This document shows positions 10,026 to 22,316 of a stretch of DNA of 64,000 bases, one piece after another. The notes under the pieces are model-generated. The model ran no database searches. It saw only the letters and a program-made list of their open reading frames with translations, and had not been told where the DNA came from. This DNA comes from an uncultured Deinococcaceae bacterium. GTDB taxonomy: Bacteria > Deinococcota > Deinococci > Deinococcales > Deinococcaceae. Each line of letters opens with the position of its first letter. Position 1 is the stretch's first letter. The stretch is taken from contig CAXULY010000003.1 in the NCBI GenBank assembly GCA_964252075.1, forward strand, positions 113,469 to 177,468. The letters run 5' to 3'. The position numbers and the translations under genes were made by a program.

Positions 10026-11849
10026 CTAGAACCAGGGGTCCTGCATGTCGAAGAAGCTGGGGTCGAAGCTGCGCACCAGCATCTGCCAGTGCCCGGTGCG
10101 CGGGAGTTCGCGCGCGAAGAAGTACCGGCAAGCCTGGAGCTTGCCGCGGTAGAAGTCCGCGTCCGGTCCGTCGGGGCGGGCGCGCAGGGCGCGGGCGGCG
10201 ACCATCCCCTGCCGCAGCCACGTCCAGGCGATGACGGTGTGGCCCATCAGGTCGAGGTACGCGTCGGCGTTCGCGAGGAGGCGTTCGGGCGTGATGCCGG
10301 GCTCGGCGGCCTTGCGCGCGATCGCCGCCGTGAGGTCCGCGATCATGCGGCCCGTGTCGCGCAGCTGCGTGGCCCAGTAGGTGAAGTCCCAACCTTCCGT
10401 GACGGGTTCGGCCTGCGCCTCGTCGGCGGTGCGCTCGAACTCCGCGAGGAGGCGCGTGAGGCCGCGCCCGTCGTGCTGGGTGATCTTGCGGCCCTGCAGG
10501 TCGAGCGCCTGGATGCCGTTGGTGCCCTCGTGGATGGGGTTCAGGCGGTTGTCGCGCCACAGCTGCTCGACGGGGTGGTCGCGGGTGTATCCGGCGCCGC
10601 CCAGCACCTGAATGGCGAGGTCGTTCGCTTCGAGGGCGTACTTGCTGGGCCAGGCCTTCATGATGGGCGTCAGGAGGTCCAGCAGGTCCTGCGCGTGCTC
10701 CCGCGCCTCGTCGCTCTCGGCGGTGCGGGTGTCGTCCACGAGGCGCGCGCAGTACAGGCCGAGCGCGAACGCGCCTTCCACGGCGGCCTTCTGCGCGAGC
10801 AGCATGCGGCGCACGTCCGCGTGCTGCACGATCGGCACGGGCGGGCTCGCGGGGTCGCGCTGGCTGGCGCTCCGGCCCTGCAGGCGCTCGCGGGCGTACT
10901 CCAGGCTGTACAGGTACCCGGCGTACCCCAGCATGGTGGCGCCCATGCCCACCCCGATGCGCGCCTCGTTCATCATGTGGAACATGCTGGCGAGGCCGCT
11001 GCCGGGCGCGCCCACCAGTTCCCCGACCGTCTCGCCGCCCTCCCCGAAGTTCAGGAGGGTGTTGGTGGTGCCCCGGTACCCGAGCTTGTGGTTCAGGCCC
11101 GCGAGGACCACGTGGTTGTCCTCCCCGGGCGTGCCGTCCGCGTTCACGCGGTAGCGCGGCACCAGAAAGAGCGAGATGCCCTTCACGCCCGCCGGGGCGC
11201 CCTTGATGCGCGCCAGGACGAGGTGCACGATGTTCTCCGCGAGTTCGTGCTCGCCGCCCGAGATCCACATCTTGGTGCCGGTGAGGCTGTAGGTGCCGTC
11301 CCCGCGCGGCGTGGCGGTCGTGGTGATGTCCGCGAGGGCGGAGCCGGCCTGCGGTTCGCTGAGCGCCATCGTGCCGAACCAGCGGCCCTCGATGAGGGGC
11401 CGCATGAAGCGCGCCTGCTGCTCGGGGCTCGCGAACACCCGCTGCAGGTTCGCGTTCCCGATGGTCAGGAAGGGGTACGCGGTCGTCGCGATGTTGGCCG
11501 CCTGGAAATTTGCCATCGCCGCCTGGAACACCACCCACGGCAGTTGCAGGCCGCCCAGCACCTCGTCGTGGTGCGCGGCGAAGAAGCCCGCGTCGCGGAA
11601 GGCGTTCACGGCGGCCTGCGCGCCCGGCACCAGCCGCACCTTGCCGCCTTCCACGCGCGGCTCGTTCAGGTCCGCTTCGCGCGCGTGCGGCGCGAAGTGC
11701 TTCTCCGCGATCTGGTACGCGAGGTTGATGGTGTCGTCGAAGACCTCCCGGGACAGCTCCCGGTAGCGCTCGCGCGATGTGAGGGCCTCCACGTCCAGCA
11801 GCTCGTACAGGTTGAAGGCGAGGTCACGCCGGGACAGGAAGGGCGTCAC
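10026..11849 (-). CDS. Long acyl-CoA dehydrogenase (~607 aa)
   Basis: [34 protein letters not shown] start overlaps thiolase stop. Confidence 0.95.
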   Translation of the reverse strand: MTPFLSRRDLAFNLYELLDVEALTSRERYRELSREVFDDTINLAYQIAEKHFAPHAREADLNEPRVEGGKVRLVPGAQAAVNAFRDAGFFAAHHDEVLGGLQLPWVVFQAAMANFQAANIATTAYPFLTIGNANLQRVFASPEQQARFMRPLIEGRWFGTMALSEPQAGSALADITTTATPRGDGTYSLTGTKMWISGGEHELAENIVHLVLARIKGAPAGVKGISLFLVPRYRVNADGTPGEDNHVVLAGLNHKLGYRGTTNTLLNFGEGGETVGELVGAPGSGLASMFHMMNEARIGVGMGATMLGYAGYLYSLEYARERLQGRSASQRDPASPPVPIVQHADVRRMLLAQKAAVEGAFALGLYCARLVDDTRTAESDEAREHAQDLLDLLTPIMKAWPSKYALEANDLAIQVLGGAGYTRDHPVEQLWRDNRLNPIHEGTNGIQALDLQGRKITQHDGRGLTRLLAEFERTADEAQAEPVTEGWDFTYWATQLRDTGRMIADLTAAIARKAAEPGITPERLLANADAYLDLMGHTVIAWTWLRQGMVAARALRARPDGPDADFYRGKLQACRYFFARELPRTGHWQMLVRSFDPSFFDMQDPWF

Positions 11850-13030
11850 AGCACCTCGAACAGCCCGGCGGCGCCCATGCCGCCGCCGATGCACATGGTG
11901 ACGACCACGTGCTTCACGCCGCGCCGCTTGCCTTCGATGAGGGCGTGCCCGGTGAGGCGCGCGCCGCTCATGCCGTAGGGGTGCCCGACCGCGATGGCGC
12001 CGCCGTCCACGTTGTAGATGTCGTTGCTGATGCCGAGGCGGTCGCGGCAGTAGAGGGCCTGCACCGCGAAGGCCTCGTTCAGCTCCCACAGCCCGATGTC
12101 GTCCACGGTGAGGCCGTGGCGCTTGAGGAGTTTCGGCACAGCGAACACCGGCCCGATGCCCATCTCGTCCGGCTCGCAGCCGGAGACCGCGAAGCCCTTG
12201 AACACCCCGAGCGGCGTGAGGCCGCGCTCGCGCGCGAGGTCGTCACTCATGACGACGCAGGCGCTCGCGCCGTCACTCAGCTGGCTGGCGTTCCCCGCCG
12301 TGATGCAGGCGTCCTCGCCCATGACGGGCTTGAGGTTCGCGAGGCCCTCGCGGGTGGTGTCGGGCCGCACGCCCTCGTCCTGGCTGAGCGTGACTTCCTG
12401 CTCGCTCATCTCGCCCGTCGCCTTGTCCACCACGAGTTTGCGGGCGGTGATGGGCACGATCTCCGCGTCGAAGCGCCCCTCGCGCTGCGCGGCGGCGGTG
12501 CGGAGCTGGCTCTGCAGGCCGTACTCGTCCTGCGCGTCGCGCGTGATGCCGTAGCGTTTCGCGACGATCTCCGCCGTCTGGATCATCGGGAGGTAGATCT
12601 CGGGCTTGTGCTCGTCGAGCCACGTGTCGTGCAGGCGGTAGGCGTTCGCGTGGTCGTTCTGCGTGAGCGAGATGACCTCCAGGCCGCCCGCGACGATCAC
12701 CTCGCCCTCGCCCGCGCGGATGCTCTGCGCGGCCATCGCGATGGTCTGCAGGCCGCTGGAGCAGAAGCGGTTCACGGTGACGCCCGCGACCGTCACGGGC
12801 AGGCCCGCGCGCAGCGCGATCTGCCGCGCAATGTTGCTGCCCGTCGCGCCCTCCGGGTTCGCGGAACCCATGAGGACGTCCTCGACCTCGTCCGGGCTCA
12901 CGCCCGCGCGCTCCAGGGCGTGGCGGACGGCGTGCGCGCCGACCTCGGCGCCGTGCGTGTTGTTCAGCGCGCCCCGGTAGGCCTTGCCGATGGGGGTGCG
13001 CGCGGTGGAAACGATGACCGCTTCAGGCAT
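11846..13030 (-). CDS. Acetyl-CoA C-acyltransferase (thiolase)
   Basis: [32 protein letters not shown]. Confidence 0.96.
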   Translation of the reverse strand: MPEAVIVSTARTPIGKAYRGALNNTHGAEVGAHAVRHALERAGVSPDEVEDVLMGSANPEGATGSNIARQIALRAGLPVTVAGVTVNRFCSSGLQTIAMAAQSIRAGEGEVIVAGGLEVISLTQNDHANAYRLHDTWLDEHKPEIYLPMIQTAEIVAKRYGITRDAQDEYGLQSQLRTAAAQREGRFDAEIVPITARKLVVDKATGEMSEQEVTLSQDEGVRPDTTREGLANLKPVMGEDACITAGNASQLSDGASACVVMSDDLARERGLTPLGVFKGFAVSGCEPDEMGIGPVFAVPKLLKRHGLTVDDIGLWELNEAFAVQALYCRDRLGISNDIYNVDGGAIAVGHPYGMSGARLTGHALIEGKRRGVKHVVVTMCIGGGMGAAGLFEVL

Positions 13031-13448
13031 TGGATGGCTCCTTCCAAGACGCTTGATCAGCAATTTCAGCTGGGCATATCAGCAACCTTGACTGTTCCCA
13101 GGCTGCGAAATCAGGGTAAAGATGCTGTACGAGGCGCTGCGCCAAGGGATTTACTTCTACGGCATTTATGGGGTGTGACAATGAAGGTCCAAAATCGTTT
13201 GGTCCCGGAGCATGGTATCGGCTGACCTCAACTGTTCCTTCTTGTATCAGGAGCAGTACTGTTCCTTCTTCGATAGGTGGATCTGTACGGTCTACAAAAA
13301 ACCTAATTTCTTGCATCACTCTCATCTCTCCGGTTTCGATAATTCCTTACCTCTATAACACACGTCATTAACTTGACACTCAAATCTGGTTGAGAATCGA
13401 ACTTACAGTGTTGATATAGATGTCAGAAACGATGATCAATTCAGGCAT
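13008..13448. repeat. 23-bp imperfect direct repeat (13008-13030 and 13426-13448) flanking an AT-rich insert
   Basis: GAAACGATGACCGCTTCAGGCAT vs GAAACGATGATCAATTCAGGCAT, 20/23 identical; corresponds to the thiolase first codons. Confidence 0.85.
13023..13325 (-). CDS. Hypothetical protein in AT-rich insert
   Basis: 100-aa ORF spanning most of the low-GC segment, GGAG RBS, stop overlaps the thiolase start. Confidence 0.65.
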   Translation of the reverse strand: MRVMQEIRFFVDRTDPPIEEGTVLLLIQEGTVEVSRYHAPGPNDFGPSLSHPINAVEVNPLAQRLVQHLYPDFAAWEQSRLLICPAEIADQASWKEPSNA

Positions 13449-13460
13449 GAGAAAGTCCTT

Positions 13461-13868
13461 TTAGATGCGTTCGCCAGAACTGGGGTCGAAGAGGATCGCG
13501 CTGGGAAACAGCGATTCGACCGCCTGCGCGAGGAACACGGAGTCGTTGAAGTGCGTCATGTCCGGGTCGGGCTGGGTGCCGCCCCACGCCAGCAGAGCGC
13601 CGCACCCGCGCCCCTGCTCCTCGGGCGTGCCGAGGCGGGTGAGGGTGCGCTCAGCGTCTTCGGCCACGTCCGGGTGCGCGTTGAGGTCGTCCACGGTGAT
13701 GAAGAAGGGGTACGCCCCGATGATGAGTTCGGGGGGCCCGGCCTTGCGGCGCCGCACGCGCACGTCCTTCAGGTACAGGCCGAGGTGCGCGCCGAGGCGG
13801 CCCGGCACGTCCGTCAGGTCAGAGCCTGCGGGGAGCAGGGCGCGCGTGTGGTACGGGGTGTACGCCAT
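13461..13868 (-). CDS. Hypothetical protein
   Basis: 135-aa ORF starting 1 nt after fadB stop, host-like codon usage, C-terminal DPDMTHFND..LFDP. Confidence 0.75.
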   Translation of the reverse strand: MAYTPYHTRALLPAGSDLTDVPGRLGAHLGLYLKDVRVRRRKAGPPELIIGAYPFFITVDDLNAHPDVAEDAERTLTRLGTPEEQGRGCGALLAWGGTQPDPDMTHFNDSVFLAQAVESLFPSAILFDPSSGERI

Positions 13869-13869
13869 G

Positions 13870-15969
<2,100 letters not shown>

Positions 15970-16003
15970 GCGGCCACCTCACACGAAGGGTTGAGCAAGG
16001 AAT

Positions 16004-16051
16004 TTGAACTGCGTACAACGAGATGCTTCCACAGTGGCAGGAGTCCGTCAA
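16004..16051 (-). promoter_or_regulatory. Sigma70 promoter of the fad operon with overlapping palindromic FadR-like operator
   Basis: Minus strand TTGACG-17nt-AAGCAT; near-palindrome TTGAACTGCGTACAA at 16004-16018 over the predicted start site. Confidence 0.6.
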
Positions 16052-16113
16052 ATACCCGGAGCACATGAGGCGTGGCGGGCCGGAAGAGCGGCCCGCCACG
16101 CACCCACCGCTCC

Positions 16114-17277
16114 TCAGTTCGAGTGGCGAGGCGCCCCGCGCAGCTTCAGGCTCTCGTTCAGGTGCGCCAGCAGCCGGGGCTGGTCGCGCGGCACGTCGTG
16201 GTACACCGCCATGTTGTGCAGGTCAGGACTGTTCGGGTCGCGCAGCAGTTCGTTCGGGAAGAACGCCACCCGGCGGTAGCGCGGCTCGGTCACCGGCGGC
16301 AGGGACTCGCCGCGCAGGGTGGCGCACAGGCCACCGATCAGGTCCACGCCCAGCAGACCGCCCAGGTTCGCGACGGGCGTGGCGCGGGCGTTGATCTCCA
16401 TGACCAGCGGTTCATTTCGCTGCTCGTCGATCACAAACTGCACGGAGCCCAGGCCGCTATACCCGAAGTGCTCCACCACCCGCGCGGCGCGCTCCAGCAT
16501 GACGGGCGAGGGGAACAGCTCCAGCTGCGACGCCAGCCCGAAGGCGTTCGGGTAGGGGTGGCGGCGCAGCCACGAGAAGCCCGCCAGCAGGCGTCCCTGC
16601 CACGCCAGCAGCGTGACGCTGGCGGTGGGGCCCTGCACGAAGCGCTGCACGGTCAGGGCGGGCGCCTCGCGGCGCGCGCCGAGCGGCCGCGCCAGGGCCT
16701 GCGCAAACGCCTGCCGCAGCCCCGCCGGCCCGTCGCACAGCGTGATGCCCGCGCCACCCACCCCGTGGTCCGGCTTGAGCAGCACCGGGTAACCCAGCGC
16801 CTCGGCGAAGGCCTCGGCGTCCTCCTCGGTCGCCACCACGCGGCTCTGCGGGATGGGCACGCCCGTCCGCGCGGCCATCTCCACCAGGGCGGATTTGCGC
16901 TCAATGTCCGCGTAGTGCGCAGGGTCGCCCAGCGAGCGCTCGATCAGGGCGCGCATGAAGGCCTCGTCCTCCCCGTCGCCCAGGCGGGCGTACACGTCGT
17001 GCAGGAGCTGCACCACCCGGTCCTCGCCGGGAATGAGGAGGTCCGGGCGCAAGCGCAGCGCCTCCTGATACACGGTGTTCCCGAAGGTCTCCATGGGCAG
17101 GCCGGGCGTGAGGGCCACGCCGCCCGCGAGGCCCTCGGAGAGCGTGATGAGCGCGCCCTGCTGACACACCACGTGCACCTCCACGCCCTGCTCCGCGAGG
17201 CGCGGCACGAGGCGCGCGACGCTCATCCAGTGGGGCGTATGCGTGACGATGAGGGCCTTGAGGAGTCGGCGGGTCAC
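16114..17277 (-). CDS. ATP-grasp domain protein
   Basis: GYPVLLKPDHGVGGAG, VQRFVQG, MEINAR motifs. Confidence 0.85.
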   Translation of the reverse strand: MTRRLLKALIVTHTPHWMSVARLVPRLAEQGVEVHVVCQQGALITLSEGLAGGVALTPGLPMETFGNTVYQEALRLRPDLLIPGEDRVVQLLHDVYARLGDGEDEAFMRALIERSLGDPAHYADIERKSALVEMAARTGVPIPQSRVVATEEDAEAFAEALGYPVLLKPDHGVGGAGITLCDGPAGLRQAFAQALARPLGARREAPALTVQRFVQGPTASVTLLAWQGRLLAGFSWLRRHPYPNAFGLASQLELFPSPVMLERAARVVEHFGYSGLGSVQFVIDEQRNEPLVMEINARATPVANLGGLLGVDLIGGLCATLRGESLPPVTEPRYRRVAFFPNELLRDPNSPDLHNMAVYHDVPRDQPRLLAHLNESLKLRGAPRHSN

Positions 17278-18893
17278 GCATCACCCAGCTTCAGGAGGCG
17301 CGCTTCGAGCGGGGCGAGGTCAGCCGTGGCCTCCGTGACGCCCTCGCTGGAGAGCAGCAGCGTGGCGCCAGGGGCGGTGATGGGCCGCGCCTCGCGCGCA
17401 AAGTTCAGGAGGACCAAAACCCGGTCCTCCCCGAGCGTGCGCGTATAGGCGTACACGTCCGGGTGGCCACCCTCGGCGGTCGCGTAGTCCCCGAGGCTCA
17501 GGGCGGGGTGCGCGCGGCGCAGGGTGGTGAGCGCGCGGAAGTACGTCAGTTCGCTGGCGGGGTCGTCCTGCTGGTCCGTGACGGTCTGCCCGCCCAGCTG
17601 CTCGGGGAGGGGCAGCCACGGCTCGGCGGTCGTGAAGCCCGCGCCCGGCGTGTTCTCCCACTGCATGGGGGTGCGCTCGGGGTCGCGGCTGGCGCCCGGC
17701 ACGCCCGGCTGGTTGAGGCCCTGTGGGTCCTGCTGGCGGTCGAGCGGCACGGGGAGGTCCGTCATGCCGATCTCATCGCCGTAGTACGCGGTGGGCGTGC
17801 CGCGCAGCGTGAACAGCAGCGTCTGCGCGAGGCGCCCGAGGTCCGGCCCGAGGCGCGAGCGGAAGCGCGACTGGTCGTGGTTGCCCAGCACCCAGTTCGG
17901 CCAGCCACCCGCCTGCACGCACGCGGCGTCGTAGGCTTCCACGAGGGCGCGCACGTGATCGGCGGTCCAGTCGGTGAGTTGCAGCAGCAGGAAGTTGAAG
18001 GGCATGTGGCACTCGGGCGCGTCCGGGGTGCCGTAGTACGTCATGAGGCGGTCGAGCGGCAGGTAGATCTCGCCGACCATCACGCGCTCGTTGCCGGGCG
18101 TGTCGAACTCGTCCAGCACGGCGCGCAGGTCGCGGATGAAGGTGTGCGTCTCCGGCTGGTCCTGCGTGTAGATGTGCTGCAGCTGCGCGTGCGGGCCCTG
18201 GCCGGGCAGGCCGAGGGCGCCCTCCACCACGGGCTCATCCAGGTAGTCCTGGTGCTTGCCGAGCAGCCAGATCACGTCCACGCGGAAGCCGTCCACGCCC
18301 TTCTTCAGCCAGAAGCGCACGGCGTCCGCGATGGCGCCTCGCACTGCGGGGTTCGCCCAGTTCAGTTCCGGTTGTTCCTTCAGGAACTGGTGCAGGTAGT
18401 ACTGACCCGTCGCCTCGTCGAGCGTCCAGGCGGGCCCGCCGAAGAAGCTCAGCCAGTTGTTGGGGGAGCCGCCGTCCGGCGCGGGGTCCCGCCAGATGTA
18501 CCAGTCGCGCCTGGGGTTGTCTCGGCTGACGCGCGACTCCAGGAACCACGGGTGCTGGTCGCTGGAGTGGTTCGGGACGAGGTCCAGCATGACCTTCAGG
18601 CCGCGCGCGTGCGCCTGCGCGAGCAGTTCGTCAAAGTCCTGCATGTTCCCGAAGAGGGGGTCCACGCCCTCGTAGTCCGCGACGTCGTACCCGAAGTCCT
18701 TCATGGGGCTCGTGAAGATCGGAGAGAGCCACACGGCGTCCACGCCGAGGTTCTGCAGGTACTCCAGGCGCTCGGTGACGCCGCGCAGGTCCCCCACGCC
18801 GTCCCCGTTCGTGTCCTGGAAGCTGCGCGGGTACACCTGGTAAATGATGCCGCGCTGCCACCAGGGCGCGCGGGCGGGGTCGGGGGTGGTCAT
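17274..18893 (-). CDS. GH13 alpha-glucosidase / oligo-1,6-glucosidase
   Basis: YQVYPRSFQD, DLVPNH, GFRVDV, VGEIY, NHDQ; TATGAT 7 nt before ATG. Confidence 0.95.
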   Translation of the reverse strand: MTTPDPARAPWWQRGIIYQVYPRSFQDTNGDGVGDLRGVTERLEYLQNLGVDAVWLSPIFTSPMKDFGYDVADYEGVDPLFGNMQDFDELLAQAHARGLKVMLDLVPNHSSDQHPWFLESRVSRDNPRRDWYIWRDPAPDGGSPNNWLSFFGGPAWTLDEATGQYYLHQFLKEQPELNWANPAVRGAIADAVRFWLKKGVDGFRVDVIWLLGKHQDYLDEPVVEGALGLPGQGPHAQLQHIYTQDQPETHTFIRDLRAVLDEFDTPGNERVMVGEIYLPLDRLMTYYGTPDAPECHMPFNFLLLQLTDWTADHVRALVEAYDAACVQAGGWPNWVLGNHDQSRFRSRLGPDLGRLAQTLLFTLRGTPTAYYGDEIGMTDLPVPLDRQQDPQGLNQPGVPGASRDPERTPMQWENTPGAGFTTAEPWLPLPEQLGGQTVTDQQDDPASELTYFRALTTLRRAHPALSLGDYATAEGGHPDVYAYTRTLGEDRVLVLLNFAREARPITAPGATLLLSSEGVTEATADLAPLEARLLKLGDA

Positions 18894-18931
18894 GCCCCAG
18901 ATCATACGGCGCGGTATGGTGAGCGCAGCCC

Positions 18932-20050
18932 ATGACCCGCTCCCTGCCCGAGTCGCCGCTCGACGCGGCGGTGAACCTGCACGACCTGGAAGCCTGGGCG
19001 CGCGAGCGCCTCACCACGAACGCCCTGGAGTACTACGCGAGCGGCGCGGGCGATGAACTCACCGCGCGCGAGAACCGCGCGGCCTTCGCGCGCCTGAAAC
19101 TCCGCCCGCGCGTGTTGCGGGACGTGAGTCACGTGCGCACGGACACCAGCGTGCTGGGCCTGCCGCTCGCGCTGCCCGTCGCGGCGGCGCCGTCCGCCTT
19201 TCACGGCCTGGCGCACCCCGAGGCGGAGCGCGCCACGGCGCGCGCGCTGGCGGGCGCGGGGAGCGTCATGACGCTCAGCACCTTCTCGAACACGCCCATC
19301 GAGGACGTGGCGCGGGAGGCCGCCGGGCGGCTGTGGTTCCAGCTGTACCTGTACAAGGACCGCGAGGTGTCGCGCGGCCTGATCGAGCGGGCGGAGGCGG
19401 CGGGCGCGCGGGCGCTGGTCCTCACGGTGGACACGCCGTTCGTGGGGCGGCGCGAGGCGAACGAACGCCACCGCTTCTTCCTGCCGGAGCACCTGCAGGT
19501 GCCGAACGCCGGGTCGCGCGAGGTGCTCGCCGCGCTGGAGTCCGAGAGCGGCTCGCAGCTCGTGCGGTACTTCCAGGGCCTCGTGGACCCCAGCCTGAAC
19601 TGGCGGGACCTGGAGTGGCTGCGCTCGGTCACGCGCCTGCCCATCGTCCTGAAGGGCGTGATGACCGCCGAGGACGCCACGCTGGCGGTCGAGGCGGGCG
19701 TGGAGGGCGTGTGGGTGTCGAACCACGGGGGGCGGCAGCTGGACACCGCCGTGAGCAGCATCGAGGCCCTCCCGGAGGTCGCGCAGGCCGTCGCGGGGCG
19801 CGCGGAGGTGTACCTGGACGGCGGCGTGACGCGCGGCACGGACGTCCTGAAGGCCGTCGCGCTCGGCGCACGCGCGGTGTTCCTGGGGCGCCCCATCCTG
19901 TACGGCCTCGCGTGCGGCGGCGAGGCGGGCGTGCGCCTCACGCTGGACCTGCTGGGCAACGAGTTGCGCCTCGCGATGGCCCTCGCGGGCAAGGCGAGCC
20001 TGGAGGAACTCGGCCCGGACCTGATCTGGCGCGGGTCGCTGAACCCATGA
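18932..20050 (+). CDS. FMN-dependent alpha-hydroxy acid oxidase/dehydrogenase
   Basis: WFQLY, LTVDTP, SNHGGRQLD, DGGV.RG.D. Confidence 0.95.
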   Translation: MTRSLPESPLDAAVNLHDLEAWARERLTTNALEYYASGAGDELTARENRAAFARLKLRPRVLRDVSHVRTDTSVLGLPLALPVAAAPSAFHGLAHPEAERATARALAGAGSVMTLSTFSNTPIEDVAREAAGRLWFQLYLYKDREVSRGLIERAEAAGARALVLTVDTPFVGRREANERHRFFLPEHLQVPNAGSREVLAALESESGSQLVRYFQGLVDPSLNWRDLEWLRSVTRLPIVLKGVMTAEDATLAVEAGVEGVWVSNHGGRQLDTAVSSIEALPEVAQAVAGRAEVYLDGGVTRGTDVLKAVALGARAVFLGRPILYGLACGGEAGVRLTLDLLGNELRLAMALAGKASLEELGPDLIWRGSLNP

Positions 20051-20097
20051 GCAATGCCGCGCGACGGCCTCACGTCCGGTACGGGGCGTTCAGAACA

Positions 20098-20136
20098 CCA
20101 TGGGCCGTCCCCGCTGTGCGCGGGGACGGCCCATGG
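20098..20136. terminator. 17-bp perfect inverted repeat between convergent genes
   Basis: CCATGGGCCGTCCCCGC-TGTGC-GCGGGGACGGCCCATGG. Confidence 0.6.
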
Positions 20137-20147
20137 ACGACGGCGCG

Positions 20148-20633
20148 TTACGCGCGCTGAAGGGTCACGGCGAGAAGGCGAATCGCGCCGAGGTGGTAGG
20201 CGCTGTGCGCCAGGATGCTCAGGAAGCCCCCAATCGGTTCGTCATCCCACGCGTCAATGCGGTTCAGGTGCGCGAGCGTCGCGACGTACTCGTCCCGCAG
20301 GGCGCCCTTGAGTGCGGCCCACTCCTCGACCGTCACGCTGCGCTGGCGCCAGCTTCCCGGCCAGTCGGTCTGAACGTGGTCCTCGCCCGCGATGAAGCGG
20401 CGCAGGGTCTGCATGTAGTACCGGGTGTGTTCCGCGTGGGCGGCGATGGTGGCCGCGCCGGGTTTCAGGGGCGTGGATGCGAGGTCATGATCGACCCGGT
20501 CCAGGGTTTCCAGGACGCTGCCGTGGCCTTTGCCGTCGATGAAATGACTGCTTCCTCCGCCCGTGCCTTCAAAGGTCTCTCGGAGCAGGTCGGTCAGGTT
20601 GCTGAGGTAATCGTGCGCGTTCACGGTGGTCAT
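20148..20633 (-). CDS. DinB-like family protein
   Basis: TIAAHAEH and HSAYHLGAI His pattern typical of the DinB superfamily. Confidence 0.75.
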   Translation of the reverse strand: MTTVNAHDYLSNLTDLLRETFEGTGGGSSHFIDGKGHGSVLETLDRVDHDLASTPLKPGAATIAAHAEHTRYYMQTLRRFIAGEDHVQTDWPGSWRQRSVTVEEWAALKGALRDEYVATLAHLNRIDAWDDEPIGGFLSILAHSAYHLGAIRLLAVTLQRA

Positions 20634-20918
20634 GGCGACTCCAGCGCCGCCCGTTGCAGGGCGGCGTGTGAATGGGGGGAGGCATTCTCGCCTGAAGCCC
20701 TACGCGTCCTGCCCAGGCCGTCACTGAGGCGGCGTGATGGGCAGCGCGGGTGCGGTTCAGGAGCAGTCACGGATGTGAGGTCGGCCATGCTTCACCCCCC
20801 GGCGCGCCAACTGGACGTGCATTGGTGCGTGGGTCGGGGGTCATTCTACGCGCGGGGAGCGTGGGTACGGACACAACCGGGGCCTTGGCGTCAGCCGGCC
20901 GAAGCCCCAGAAGTCCCG

Positions 20919-21671
20919 TCAGGGGCGCGCGCCCAGCACCCGCTCGGCCAGCGCGAGGTCGCCGTCCTTGTCGACGTCCGTGCCGACCGCCGCGTGGTCC
21001 GTGATGAGGGCGCGGGCGGGCACGCCCAGAATGCCGCTCACCTTGTCCTGCAGTTGCGTGAGGTCCAGCCGTCCCGTCAGGAAGCGCACGAGCACGCCCA
21101 CCCCGATCAGCCGCGCGAGCCCGATGGGGTTCTTGCGCTGCGCGAGGAGCGCCTGCAGGCGTGGCATGAAGCGCCCCAGCAGCTTCGGGTCCGCGAGGAA
21201 GATGTTTCCGCCCGTGAAGGTGCCCTCGCGCAGGCGCACGTAGGTGCGCTTCACGCCGGGGTACGCGGCGTCGCACGCCTCGCGCCGCACGATGGGGTAC
21301 ACGAGGCCCGCCTCGCTGGGCGCGTGGTCCAGCACATCCGCGAGGTGCGCGCCCGTCAGCATGGGAATGTCCGCCGTCACGACCAGCGCGCGGTTCGTGG
21401 GTGGCAGCGCCGCGAGGCCCGCCTCCAGGTTCCCCAGCAGCGTGCCGGTGTCCGTGACGCGCACCTGAATGAGCGCGTCAATCTCGGGCGTGGTGGGGCC
21501 GACGTACGCGATCCGCCCCACCCGTCCGGACGCGCGCAGCGCCTCCAGCACCCACAAGGCCATGGGGCGGCCCGCGACGGGGATGAGTGGCTTCACGCTC
21601 GCGCCGTGCGCCGCCGCGAAGGGATCGCCCGGGTCACCGCCGCCCAGCACGACGGCATTCCACTGTTCCAT
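20919..21671 (-). CDS. NTP transferase (MobA-like nucleotidyltransferase) domain protein
   Basis: [34 protein letters not shown] 7 nt before ATG. Confidence 0.85.
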   Translation of the reverse strand: MEQWNAVVLGGGDPGDPFAAAHGASVKPLIPVAGRPMALWVLEALRASGRVGRIAYVGPTTPEIDALIQVRVTDTGTLLGNLEAGLAALPPTNRALVVTADIPMLTGAHLADVLDHAPSEAGLVYPIVRREACDAAYPGVKRTYVRLREGTFTGGNIFLADPKLLGRFMPRLQALLAQRKNPIGLARLIGVGVLVRFLTGRLDLTQLQDKVSGILGVPARALITDHAAVGTDVDKDGDLALAERVLGARP

Positions 21672-21966
21672 GCCGGAAAGGCTAGCAGAGCTACACGCCA
21701 GAAGTCGTGACACCGCGCGGCCGAACCGTAACTTGTGGGACACCGAACCGGGATCTAAGACCAGATCACCCGCCACCACCGACCAGGCACCACGTCTCAC
21801 GTCTCCCTGGTGGACTGCCATGAGGCCGCACACCGCTCTCCCCCGCCCCACACCTGCTTACGCTCTGCATCCCCCAACACCACATGTGGCGCGCGTGCAG
21901 GGCGCTTCACCCGCCTCCCAACGCCACTGCATGCCACCCCGGTACAACAGGGGCAGGAGGCGCAGC

Positions 21967-22299
21967 ATGGACCCTCAGACGCGGCACTCGATTCAGCATC
22001 ACATGGGCATTCGCGGTCAGGACGGCCAGGACGTGGGGCAGGTGGATCACGTGGAGGGCGATTACATCAAGGTGACGCGCGACGCGGACGGCCAGCACCA
22101 CTGGATTCCGGACAGCCTGATCGCGCGGGTGGATCAGTACGTGCACCTGAACATCACGGCCGAGGAGGCCGCGCAGCAGTGGCGCAGCGACGACCCGAAC
22201 GCCGGCCAGCCGAATGACCTGCACGAGCGACACGAGCGCAGCGACGTGCAGGGCGAGCGGCTGCACAAGACGCACGAGCAGCGCAACGAGCAGCAGTAG
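21967..22299 (+). CDS. DUF2171-like small protein
   Basis: DG..VG.VDHVEGDYIK.TR..DGQHHWIP pattern; AGGAGG RBS. Confidence 0.8.
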   Translation: MDPQTRHSIQHHMGIRGQDGQDVGQVDHVEGDYIKVTRDADGQHHWIPDSLIARVDQYVHLNITAEEAAQQWRSDDPNAGQPNDLHERHERSDVQGERLHKTHEQRNEQQ

Positions 22300-22316
22300 G
22301 TGCGTCAGGGGGTAAC

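Noticed and set aside
21680..21960. 280-bp intergenic region as possible ncRNA
   Set aside because: No strong hairpins or terminator; explainable as divergent promoter space.
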